From Candidatus Baldrarchaeota archaeon (GTDB lineage Archaea > Asgardarchaeota > Baldrarchaeia > Baldrarchaeales > DXJG01), in NCBI GenBank assembly GCA_019056805.1, contig DXJG01000004.1, forward strand, positions 180,001 to 212,000: a stretch of DNA of 32,000 bases, in the 5' to 3' direction. This document shows positions 8,873 to 17,561 of the stretch, piece after piece (position 1 is the first letter of the stretch; each line of letters starts with the position of its first letter). Under the pieces are notes generated by a model that did not search any database, had not been told where the DNA came from, and saw only the letters and a list, made by a program, of their open reading frames with translations. The position numbers and the translations under genes were made by a program.

Positions 8873-9583
8873 CTATCTATTTTTTCTCTTTTTTATTTTT
8901 AATATGAAATGTACTGTTAATATGATAACAGCTATTAATGCTATAACATCCAATTTTCTAAAGAACGTGTCAATTATCATCCAATTTGGTCCTAAAAGGT
9001 ATCCTAAATAAGCTAATAAATAACACCAAAGAGATGACCCTATCGTAGTATATAACACGAACTTTTTTAAGTTCATTTTTCCAACACCCGCTGGAAAAGA
9101 AATCAAAGTTCTAACTATTGGTACTAATCTACTAATGAGAACAGATAATTCACCATATTTTTCAAACCATTCCTCAGCCATTTCAATATCTTTCTCGCTA
9201 ATCATAAAGTACTTACCATACTTTATTATCAGTTTTCTACCACCAATTAATCCTAAATAATACACTGCCAAGCTTCCCAGCAAACTTCCAATGGTTCCAG
9301 CTATAACTACCCCATATAATGAAAATCTTCCAAGATAAGCTAAATAACCAGAAAATGGCAATATAATTTCACTTGGAATAGGAAACACCACAACTTCTAC
9401 AGCTGTTAGCAACATTATACCAATGTAACCCATTGTAGATATTCCTTCAATAATTAGATCTGTTATACCTTCAACTAGTCCCATACTCGGAACGTTAATA
9501 CCTTCATAGAAGAAAATAAATATCGAGGCTATTCCAAGAAGAGCAAATAGTACTAACAGGACCATGTTTTCTTTTTGAACCAT
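8873..9583 (-). CDS. dedA: DedA/VTT-family membrane protein
   Basis: FPIPSEIILPFSGYL, GSLAVYYLGLIGGR and SRLVPIVRTLISFPAG. The likely start is ATG 9583 (GGTGGAG SD); the ORF track start is 9604. Confidence 0.92.
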   Translation of the reverse strand: MVQKENMVLLVLFALLGIASIFIFFYEGINVPSMGLVEGITDLIIEGISTMGYIGIMLLTAVEVVVFPIPSEIILPFSGYLAYLGRFSLYGVVIAGTIGSLLGSLAVYYLGLIGGRKLIIKYGKYFMISEKDIEMAEEWFEKYGELSVLISRLVPIVRTLISFPAGVGKMNLKKFVLYTTIGSSLWCYLLAYLGYLLGPNWMIIDTFFRKLDVIALIAVIILTVHFILKIKKRKNR

Positions 9584-9713
9584 TCTCTCCACCGATCGTA
9601 GCAATCCATCAAAAGAATTTTCAAGCTTAACTCTAAGTTTCTACCTAATTCTGTTTATTTTAATTTAAATGTTTCTAAACAAATCGATGTAAAACCCTAT
9701 AAACATCACATTC

Positions 9714-9726
9714 AAAAGCTTTAAAA
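9714..9726 (+). promoter_or_regulatory. BRE-TATA-like promoter AAAAGCTTTAAAA upstream of APC permease
   Basis: Matches the archaeal purine-rich BRE + TTTAAA box pattern. Similar AAAGCTT(T)AAA strings precede other genes in the window. Confidence 0.4.
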
Positions 9727-9817
9727 CACTGTAGGCAAGGAATTTTAACTATATTTGTTTATTCATCAACAAATCTCTACATTGATACAAAACATATACC
9801 CGACGCATAAAGGCCTC

Positions 9818-9832
9818 GGGTGGGTGGGCGGG
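9818..9832 (+). promoter_or_regulatory. G-quadruplex-forming motif GGGTGGGTGGGCGGG in putative 5' leader
   Basis: Four G3 tracts with 1-nt loops, ending 9 nt before the GTG start at 9842. It is the only conspicuous GC-rich intergenic patch in the window. Confidence 0.6.
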
Positions 9833-9841
9833 TGGCGGAAG

Positions 9842-11164
9842 GTGGACAAAAAAATAGAAATTAAGGAACTTTATGAAGTTGAATTAGTTAGAGAGCTAGG
9901 ACTAGTTGAAGCTATAACAATAGGCATAGGTGGAATGATTGGCGGAGGTATTTTCACAGTCATAGGTTTAGTTGCAGGTATAGCTGGCAAATTTGTTTTC
10001 CTAAGCTTAACTCTATGTACATTTTCCGCTTTATTAACTGGCTATAGCTACTCTGCCCTAGCAGAAAAATATCCAAGCAGTGGTGCTAGTTATGCATATG
10101 TTAAAGCTGGTTTTGGAGATTTTGCGGGAGGATTCGTTGCTTGGCTTATATGGTTTGGATACATCTCATCCTGTTCACTCTACGCCGTCTCATTTGGATA
10201 CTACATGTCTTATTTTGTTAACAGTCCCTGGAAAACGTGGAGCATCCTACTAATAGTTTTTCTAACCATTTTAAATTTAAGGGGTGCTAAAAAAACTGGT
10301 AGCGTTGAAAACATTTTAGTAGCTGCAAAAGTGGTTATTCTTCTCCTATTTGTTGGAGCAGGTCTTTTTTTCGCTTTACAAACTGGTTTAATACAGAGGC
10401 TCGAAGCTTATATCCCTGATTTCAATGAAAACTTTCAGTTCTTAAATATAATTTTAGGTAGTGGTTTAATTTTTATCGCATATGAGGGATTCGAACTTAT
10501 TGCGACAAGCGCTGAAGAATTAGAAAATCCGAGGAAAAATATCAGGAGAGCTATTTACATAAGCATAATCATTGTTTCAACAATATATCTCCTCGTGACG
10601 CTTGTTTCTTTAACTGTTGTTAATCCAGCTGAACTAATGATTAGTGAAGCTCCCTTAGCAGAAGCGGCAGAACGTTTCATGGGAAGTATCGGCGGAATTA
10701 TACTGGGTGTTGGAGGACTTTTTGCAACTGCTAGTGCTTTTAATGCAAGTTTATACGGTTCTTCGAGAATGATGTTTGCTTTAGCTAGAGACGATTTAGC
10801 ACCTAAAAAACTTGTTAAACTCAGCAAAAAGACTAAAGTACCTTATATTAGCATTATTTTTACTTCAAGTGTAATTGCAATTCTCACTTTAGCTGGTGTT
10901 TTACAAGATGTTGCAACACTTTCAAGCCTATTTTTTCTAATAATTTTCTTTATGGTCAACTTGTCTGCATTCAAACTTAGTATTAAAAGAGTACTTAAAA
11001 GTCATGCTTTATTCAGTATTGCTGCCTCAATTATTATTTTTGTAGTTACTGTTTTGCTGATATCCTATCTTTATACACCACTTATAGTAACAACCTTTGT
11101 AATCGCCGTAATTTCCTCCTTTTCAATAACAACTTACATGAACAAAACTAAAAGAAGAAGATGA
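9842..11164 (+). CDS. APC-family amino acid/polyamine permease
   Basis: RELGLVEAITIGIGGMIGGGIF, YPSSGASYAY, FIAYEGFE, ENPRKNI and SRMMFALARD, with about 12 TM helices. The probable start is GTG 9842; the track start of 9755 runs through promoter sequence. Confidence 0.92.
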   Translation: MDKKIEIKELYEVELVRELGLVEAITIGIGGMIGGGIFTVIGLVAGIAGKFVFLSLTLCTFSALLTGYSYSALAEKYPSSGASYAYVKAGFGDFAGGFVAWLIWFGYISSCSLYAVSFGYYMSYFVNSPWKTWSILLIVFLTILNLRGAKKTGSVENILVAAKVVILLLFVGAGLFFALQTGLIQRLEAYIPDFNENFQFLNIILGSGLIFIAYEGFELIATSAEELENPRKNIRRAIYISIIIVSTIYLLVTLVSLTVVNPAELMISEAPLAEAAERFMGSIGGIILGVGGLFATASAFNASLYGSSRMMFALARDDLAPKKLVKLSKKTKVPYISIIFTSSVIAILTLAGVLQDVATLSSLFFLIIFFMVNLSAFKLSIKRVLKSHALFSIAASIIIFVVTVLLISYLYTPLIVTTFVIAVISSFSITTYMNKTKRRR

Positions 11165-11984
11165 TTGGAAGATTTAGACGCGAAGCTAAATAATATTCAT
11201 CCGTGCCTAAGAGTCCAAAAAACGCTCTTGGCTTCTTTTTAGCTGGTATAAATATCAAATCGGGTTTAACCCTTTTCACGTATTCTAGTAATGTTTTCTT
11301 AGCATCTCTAGTAAATATATTCTTTATCCAAGGTGTTTTACCGGCAATTTTTGATTCTTCTTTAACAATGAATAAAACCTCTCTAGTCTCTGTTTTATTC
11401 TCTTCTGGAATATATTCTGTACCCATTGGAAGAGTAATAGGTAATTCATGAATATGCAAGAAGGTAATGTCGGCATCTTTACAACATTCTATATTGGTAA
11501 ACTCTAGAACTAATCTTATGGCTTTTCTATTTGGTGAAAACAAAGGGACAAGTATGTTGCTTAAGCTTTTAGGAAATTTATTCGCATTATGAAAAACTAG
11601 TACATCACACGGTGCATCTCTAACAACTTTATTTACTACACTTCCAAAAATCTCCTCTTTCAGTATTTTAAGTCTTGAAGCCATGGCGATTAAACTATAA
11701 TGTCTTTTTGCTTCTTTTAAAATCTCGTAAGCTACATCTTCACCATGAATTATTTCTATTCGAGCATCTGCTCCTTCCCTTTTTATGTTCTTCTCCAATT
11801 CATTTAATACTTTATCTGCTTCCACTTCCGGAGTCTTGACATGTAAGAACGTTAATTTATGCTTTTTAGTCTTAGCTAGATCTAAAAGAAGATTACATAT
11901 CTTTAGTTCTGATGAATGCCCTCCTATCGGAACTAAGATTTTTTTAGAATCATCTGACTGTCCTTCACTATCCAGCTTTGACAC
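11148..11984 (-). CDS. Tandem universal stress protein (USP) domain protein
   Basis: KKILVPIG...LTFLHV...IFGSVVNKVVRDAPCDVLV and a second NILVPL...ITFLHI unit. The start is uncertain (GTG 11984 chosen; the track start of 12128 overlaps the divergent gene). Confidence 0.85.
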   Translation of the reverse strand: MSKLDSEGQSDDSKKILVPIGGHSSELKICNLLLDLAKTKKHKLTFLHVKTPEVEADKVLNELEKNIKREGADARIEIIHGEDVAYEILKEAKRHYSLIAMASRLKILKEEIFGSVVNKVVRDAPCDVLVFHNANKFPKSLSNILVPLFSPNRKAIRLVLEFTNIECCKDADITFLHIHELPITLPMGTEYIPEENKTETREVLFIVKEESKIAGKTPWIKNIFTRDAKKTLLEYVKRVKPDLIFIPAKKKPRAFFGLLGTDEYYLASRLNLPIIFFF

Positions 11985-12097
11985 CCATTCTAACTCTCGT
12001 AGCAACCCTATAAATAATTTGCTAAATCTTGTTAAAAAGATGCTAAAATTTAAATTCACTAAGGAAACATGTAATCTACAATAACACCACATATAGG

Positions 12098-13426
12098 ATG
12101 GTCTGTTTCGTGAAAAAAGTTGAGACAATCATTCTCATCATAATATTGCTTAATAACATTATAATTTATAGCTCTCAACCGAGTATTTTTCACTCACAAA
12201 AAACAGGCAGCCTTAGTACTAATGTATTTTTCCAATTTTCTTGGAACAAATATCATAATTATAGTGAAATTCTTAATTTTTTGAAAAAACTTAACGAAAG
12301 CTACAGTGAAATTGCAAAAATCTATTCCATTGGAAAAACGTGGAATAATAGAAATATATGGTGTATAGAACTCTCAAGTCACGTATCTTCTAAACCTAAA
12401 CCAGCTTTATTCATTGTTTCGTATCACCACGCGCGGGAAAGAATAACAATTGAAGTAGCCCTCTATACCGCATGGTATCTTGCAACAAACTACGCTACAA
12501 ACAACACGATTAGAAAAATACTAGACCAGACCGTAATTTACATAATACCCGCTTTAAATGCAGATGGAATAGAAATTTCCGAGATAAACCCTTGGCAAAG
12601 AAAAAATCTTCGCCCAATAGATGAAGATGGAGACGGGAAAGTTGATGAGGATCCTCCAAACGATGTAGATGGAGATGGAGAAATATATCAATGGTGGAAC
12701 AACGCATCTTCAGGTTTTGAAGGGATTGATGACGATGGTGATGGCTTAGTAAATGAGGATTGGCTTGGAGGTGTTGATTTAAACCGTAATTATGACTTTC
12801 ACTGGAATGATACTGAAGTAAGTAGCGGCAGTTCAGATCCACATTCAGAAGTCTATATTGGTTCTGCACCCTTTTCTGAACTTGAAACGCAAGCAATTAA
12901 AAATTTTGTTGAAACTCATGAAAACATTAAGTATGCTATAAGTTTTCATAGTGGAACCGAGGTTATACTTTATCCATGGAGTTATACGTATGATCCGCCT
13001 CCAGATGAAGAAGAATTTGTTTCTCTTGCTGAAGACATGAGCGAAATAAGTGGGTATCCTTATTTTCAAGCTAGTGAACTGTATACTTGTAGCGGGGAAT
13101 GGGGAGATTGGATGTACGGTGTACATCGTATTTTTGCATTCGTAATTGAAGTATACGGACAATATGGCAACGATACATGGATACTTGAACATACAAAAGA
13201 AATTGATGGAACATTCTATTTTTATAATATCTGGGAATATTTTAACCCACCAGAAAACAAAATTAAAAATGTATTGGAGAGAAATCTACAAATAGCGTTA
13301 TACTTGTTATCAAAACTATTACCGAAACAACGTTTCGACGTTTACATCATATTTTCATTTATCATAGTCTTCATGATGATAGCGTTAATTGTAATTGTTA
13401 GAAAATCTAGAGAACATACTTACTAA
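12098..13426 (+). CDS. Membrane-anchored M14 zinc carboxypeptidase with DxDGDG acidic repeats
   Basis: Zn/catalytic motifs HHARE, WQRKN, GVDLNRNY, SFHS and IEVYG. N-terminal signal/anchor and a C-terminal TM helix. Confidence 0.92.
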   Translation: MVCFVKKVETIILIIILLNNIIIYSSQPSIFHSQKTGSLSTNVFFQFSWNKYHNYSEILNFLKKLNESYSEIAKIYSIGKTWNNRNIWCIELSSHVSSKPKPALFIVSYHHARERITIEVALYTAWYLATNYATNNTIRKILDQTVIYIIPALNADGIEISEINPWQRKNLRPIDEDGDGKVDEDPPNDVDGDGEIYQWWNNASSGFEGIDDDGDGLVNEDWLGGVDLNRNYDFHWNDTEVSSGSSDPHSEVYIGSAPFSELETQAIKNFVETHENIKYAISFHSGTEVILYPWSYTYDPPPDEEEFVSLAEDMSEISGYPYFQASELYTCSGEWGDWMYGVHRIFAFVIEVYGQYGNDTWILEHTKEIDGTFYFYNIWEYFNPPENKIKNVLERNLQIALYLLSKLLPKQRFDVYIIFSFIIVFMMIALIVIVRKSREHTY

Positions 13427-13437
13427 AGATTAGGGAT

Positions 13438-14187
13438 TTACGGTTCTATTGCCTTAAAAGGCCAAATATTATTTCTCCTTAATAGTTTTTTAACATGAGG
13501 ATAAAGGATAACGTATTCTTCCTCAACTTGGTTCGGTAATCCTTTGTCAATCTCTCTTAATTCTTCTAAAAGTTTAACCATGCTTTCTTTTGTGCTAAAA
13601 CTTAGCATAACAGCTGAGTGACATGCCACACCTGCGTCAAGAAGATTTTCCAAAGACTTAAGTTGAAGAGAAAAATCTTCAGGACTTGCTCCAGTTAATT
13701 TTGAAAACTCTTCTGGTGTACACCCCTTAATTGAAACTCTAACATACAAATTATCATATTTTGACAATTGTTGCGCATAAGTTTTATCTGCTCCGATCAA
13801 AATACCATTGGTCTCTAAAATAAACATATAATTTGTTTGGTCAACAAGTTCAAGAAGTTGTAGCAGATGATCTCTACTTATTGTTGGTTCTCCACCACTT
13901 ACACGAGTTTTATTATATCCACGTTTCTCAGCTATCTTCGTTATCTGGCTAAAGACTTGAAGAGGTGTATAGAACTTTCCATGTTCTCGAGGATTATCCC
14001 TTGTTAAATGACCCCAGCAAAAAACACATTTAAGACAGCATCCAACACAGTCAGCTGTAGCTACTCCACCATACCATCTACCGCCTCTAAACCTAAAATA
14101 CTTTCTCAATTCAATATCGTCAATAGTTTTACAAACAATTCCTCTAATTTCTTCAGACAATTTTAATGGATTGATTTGCATCAACAT
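13438..14187 (-). CDS. Radical SAM protein (COG5014-like archaeal family)
   Basis: GGVATADCVGCCLKCVFCW contains CxxxCxxC; also RVSGGEPT and LETNG. Confidence 0.88.
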   Translation of the reverse strand: MLMQINPLKLSEEIRGIVCKTIDDIELRKYFRFRGGRWYGGVATADCVGCCLKCVFCWGHLTRDNPREHGKFYTPLQVFSQITKIAEKRGYNKTRVSGGEPTISRDHLLQLLELVDQTNYMFILETNGILIGADKTYAQQLSKYDNLYVRVSIKGCTPEEFSKLTGASPEDFSLQLKSLENLLDAGVACHSAVMLSFSTKESMVKLLEELREIDKGLPNQVEEEYVILYPHVKKLLRRNNIWPFKAIEP

Positions 14188-14258
14188 CGCCTGTCCACAA
14201 AATAATTTAACTTTAAAATTCGGCTACAATAAAATTTAGAATTTAAACATTTACTGAA

Positions 14259-14957
14259 TTATGTAATGTGTATGACATTTTTAAGTAGATCTCTTATCCA
14301 TTTGCGAGGATGTTTTTTCACAATGTTATGTCCTTCGCATAGAAGGGAGATATCTAATTTTAATAGTTTTTCTATAGATTTTTTCCATTGTTTAATATCA
14401 CTTCGCCACTTAGAACTAAACGGACCATGTAAATCTCCTCCAAACAACACTTTTTGTCCCTGGTCGCTTTCATAATATAGAGCAATGCTACCTGGTGTAT
14501 GTCCCGGTATATGCAAAACTTCAAAAATAATACTATCAAGACGTAAGGTTTCCTTGTCCTCTGTTGTTAATTCTAAGTCTACATTGCATGGCTCAAATGA
14601 TTCACCATAGAAATCTGCCGCACTTAGTATAGCATCCGCTTTTTCTAACACTTCTGCATCAAGTTGATGCATAACTACTTTGCAATTTATTTTTTCTTTT
14701 AATTTTTTAGCTCCACCTATGTGGTCGTAATGACCATGGGTTAATACGAGATATTTTACCATTCGCGGCTCTATTTCAATGTTTATTATATTTTTGAATA
14801 ATTTTTCCGTTGCAAGACCAGATCCAGCATCTATTAATATTGCTGTACTTTTTCTGGTCACTAAATAAGCGTATGCATCATAGAAATGTGTTAATTCAGG
14901 TCCTGCTACCACATATACATCTCTAAGCAACTTTCTGAAAGACAAAGTTAACACCAA
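14259..14957 (-). CDS. Metallo-beta-lactamase-fold hydrolase (glyoxalase II-like)
   Basis: LIDAG, THGHYDHIGG, PGHTPGS, GGD and EGH. Confidence 0.92.
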   Translation of the reverse strand: MVLTLSFRKLLRDVYVVAGPELTHFYDAYAYLVTRKSTAILIDAGSGLATEKLFKNIINIEIEPRMVKYLVLTHGHYDHIGGAKKLKEKINCKVVMHQLDAEVLEKADAILSAADFYGESFEPCNVDLELTTEDKETLRLDSIIFEVLHIPGHTPGSIALYYESDQGQKVLFGGDLHGPFSSKWRSDIKQWKKSIEKLLKLDISLLCEGHNIVKKHPRKWIRDLLKNVIHIT

Positions 14958-15059
14958 TACTCCCTTGTAATCGGAAACGTAAACAAGAATTATTTTAACA
15001 TTAAGTAGGCCCTAAAGTGTCGGTTATGAATTTTATACGGTAAGGATTTGAATATGATG

Positions 15060-15827
15060 TTAGGTGATGATTCCAAGGATAATTGAGGCAAGGTAAAGTA
15101 CTCCAGTAACCGTAAAGGGTAGGGTAATATTATCTATGCCTCTGGGCGACACTGCTTCCACAACCATACCTGTAATGGCCGCTATAAACGCTAAGATCAA
15201 AATTTGATTCCACATCAAGGGATAGAGACCACTGAACGGTCCGAAGAACCATATTGCGAGCAAAGCACCGACAAATCCTCCTGCAAAAACGCCCAATGAA
15301 CCTTCCACTGATCTTATTGCGCCTGGAAATATTTGGTATTGATGTTTTCCCCATTTTTTCCCTATGGGGGCTGCTAAACCATCTCCCCAGTACATCACTG
15401 TGAGTCCAGCTGCAGCTGTAAACATGTATTGTATTGGAAGTATTTGGAAAGAGAAAATTGCTACTAAGATCGTTATTGAAAGAGCGTAATAAAAGGGTCC
15501 GAAAATGTGCCCTGTTTCATAGTCTTCTTCGCGCGCCATCGCTTCAAACCAGCTTGTAAGCTTCTTCACAGGTGATTTTGGCCCGGTTAAATATAGTAGA
15601 ATGGTAAATGTTAATGCTACGATGGTTGCAGGCCAATAATGGGGATAAAAAGGACACGTATATATTGCAAAACCCGCAAAGAGGTGTATAACTTTTCTGG
15701 TGAATGAAGATGGGTAATTCTTTTTCTTTCTAAGCGCTTCGCCAATCGAGATTACGATTATGGTATATAGATAGGCTATAAGCATGACAATTAGATCCCA
15801 AAGATTAAAAATCTCCATTGTAAACAC
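15060..15827 (-). CDS. CTP-dependent isoprenol/diacylglycerol kinase (dolichol/phytol kinase, SEC59/VTE5/DGK1-like)
   Basis: TRKVIHL, WGDGLAAPIGKKWG, RSVEGS and DNITLP in a polytopic membrane protein. Confidence 0.85.
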   Translation of the reverse strand: MFTMEIFNLWDLIVMLIAYLYTIIVISIGEALRKKKNYPSSFTRKVIHLFAGFAIYTCPFYPHYWPATIVALTFTILLYLTGPKSPVKKLTSWFEAMAREEDYETGHIFGPFYYALSITILVAIFSFQILPIQYMFTAAAGLTVMYWGDGLAAPIGKKWGKHQYQIFPGAIRSVEGSLGVFAGGFVGALLAIWFFGPFSGLYPLMWNQILILAFIAAITGMVVEAVSPRGIDNITLPFTVTGVLYLASIILGIIT

Positions 15828-16042
15828 CTCTCTCTAATCCACTATTATATTAGCTCCAAATATATAGATTTTATGTCCAAATGTCAAAATACTTTGTGAA
15901 CTACCGAAGAAATTTAATGTTTATCCTTAAGTGATTGTATATATTCTTTTTCTGTCATTTTGCGGACTTCTCAAAACTAAACTTTTAATATAACCTCGTT
16001 ATTATTGTTTATGACTAGCATGCATGTTCATACATTTTTGAG

Positions 16043-16492
16043 GTGTTCATGTTGAGCGGTGAAGAAGAGGCTTTAAAAGACTTTTATATGCACATACTTG
16101 CTGCAATCAGTGAATCCTTAGAAAAAATAGTAGGTCCAGGGTCAAGAGCATTGCTATACGCATCTGGAAAAGAATACGGAGAAAAACTAACTAAACCCGT
16201 CGAAAAAACCTCTAATTTAGAGGATGCAATTAAGAAATTATTGGAAGTTTTTCATTCAGTGTGGGAGATTGAGATAAAAAATGATGATCAAATAGTTGTT
16301 AGAAAATGTCCTATCAGAACTCTGTGTCAAAGATTAAATATAGAGAGAGGAGAAAAGGGTATGCTACTTTGCCACTACGTCGATGGTATATTTGCAGGGG
16401 CTCTTTCAGGGATTCTAGGGAAAACCATAGAGGTAAAGATTATAAAATCCGCACCAGTTGCATGTATGAAAAATCTCCTTATAAAAGACTAA
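16043..16492 (+). CDS. Stand-alone V4R/MetOD1-like domain protein
   Basis: LLYASGKEYG, IVVRKCPIR...LCHYVDGIFAGALSGILG...C. The real start may be ATG 16049 or TTG 16052 after the GAGGTG SD. Confidence 0.7.
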   Translation: MFMLSGEEEALKDFYMHILAAISESLEKIVGPGSRALLYASGKEYGEKLTKPVEKTSNLEDAIKKLLEVFHSVWEIEIKNDDQIVVRKCPIRTLCQRLNIERGEKGMLLCHYVDGIFAGALSGILGKTIEVKIIKSAPVACMKNLLIKD

Positions 16493-16728
16493 ATTCTTCA
16501 TTCTATTTTCTAATTTCTCTGTGAATAATCGATTAAATTTATTTCGTTGCGATGTATTACGAACAAGTATATATACATTCGTAAAGTAGGAAAATGTAAA
16601 CGAAAATGCTTATATTTGTAGAAAAAGAAATATTATACGAGCACTGTCGGAGGGATGTCTCAAAACCTAGATAAAAGGGACCTAAACGCTCTCTACCAAC
16701 CTATTTTTCATCAAATTACTAACAATTT

Positions 16729-17382
16729 TTACATTCTTATTTCTAGGATCAATATTTTCTCCATTATTGTTTTCATATATGTTACAACATACCACTTTAG
16801 CTTATTTTTCTTTAATATATTGAAAAGAAGGTTTATGTCGGAAATATTACTATAGATCATTCTAACTCTCCCATTCGGTTTAAGATATCTTTTTACTTCT
16901 TTAAAAAATTCTTTTATTACTTCGTATTTTTCTCCACAAAACCATGCGTACTCAAAATAATTTTTGGGTTTTCCAGGAATATACGGTGGAGAGAAAATTA
17001 TCAAGTCAAATTTCTCTCCTTTAACTGGTTCAAACAAATTTCCATGTCGTACTTCTATTTTATCCGCAACATTGTTAATTTTGGCATTTATTTTTGCACA
17101 TTGTACTGCTCGTATATTTATATCAGTTGCTATTACTTTCTTGGCTTTCTCGGCAGCAAATATTGCTTGAATTCCACATCCAGTTCCTAAATCTAGAACG
17201 TAGTCACCTTCTCTTACCCCTAAATTCTTAGCTAAAAAAGTGCTTGTAAGAGTTCCGCGAGGAGAAAAAACGCCTGGTAATAAAATAAACGTTTTATTGT
17301 AAATTTTTATTTTCTTTGGTCTTCTTATTGTTGAATGTAAAATTTTTAAAGCTAATATGGATATTTTTTGTTTAAGAGTCAT
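16729..17382 (-). CDS. HemK/PrmC-related class I SAM methyltransferase
   Basis: GVFSP, VLDLGTGCG, ATDIN, GNLFEP and FDLIIFSPPY. The likely start is ATG 17382. Confidence 0.85.
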   Translation of the reverse strand: MTLKQKISILALKILHSTIRRPKKIKIYNKTFILLPGVFSPRGTLTSTFLAKNLGVREGDYVLDLGTGCGIQAIFAAEKAKKVIATDINIRAVQCAKINAKINNVADKIEVRHGNLFEPVKGEKFDLIIFSPPYIPGKPKNYFEYAWFCGEKYEVIKEFFKEVKRYLKPNGRVRMIYSNISDINLLFNILKKNKLKWYVVTYMKTIMEKILILEIRM

Positions 17383-17465
17383 GTAATCATCTCTTCTCAA
17401 GTCTTAACGGCTTGATTTGAACTAGTAGCATGTTTTAATTTAATGATTTTGTAATGGTTCATTAT

Positions 17466-17499
17466 ACTCATTTTTGAGTTACTACCTATTGAGTAGTAA
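17466..17499. promoter_or_regulatory. Two adjacent inverted repeats ACTCA-N4-TGAGT and TTACTAC-N7-GTAGTAA next to a TATA-like box
   Basis: Read directly at 17466-17479 and 17479-17499, followed by TATATATT at 17502-17509, in a divergent promoter region. Confidence 0.5.
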
Positions 17500-17561
17500 A
17501 CTATATATTTGTAAACAGTATAGTGTGTGCACTGAAACAAAGCCTGAATGAGGGTATAAAC

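Noticed and set aside
9755-9841. N-terminal extension of the APC permease in the ORF track
   Set aside because: The TTG start has no SD and the extension is atypical; the family-like sequence begins near 9842. It is treated as leader.
11985-12128. N-terminal extension of the USP ORF
   Set aside because: It overlaps the divergent carboxypeptidase start and promoter region, and the sequence is not USP-like.
16655-16855. 66-aa + strand ORF with GGAGGG just before ATG
   Set aside because: The SD spacing is zero, 127 nt overlap the methyltransferase antisense, and the composition is atypical.
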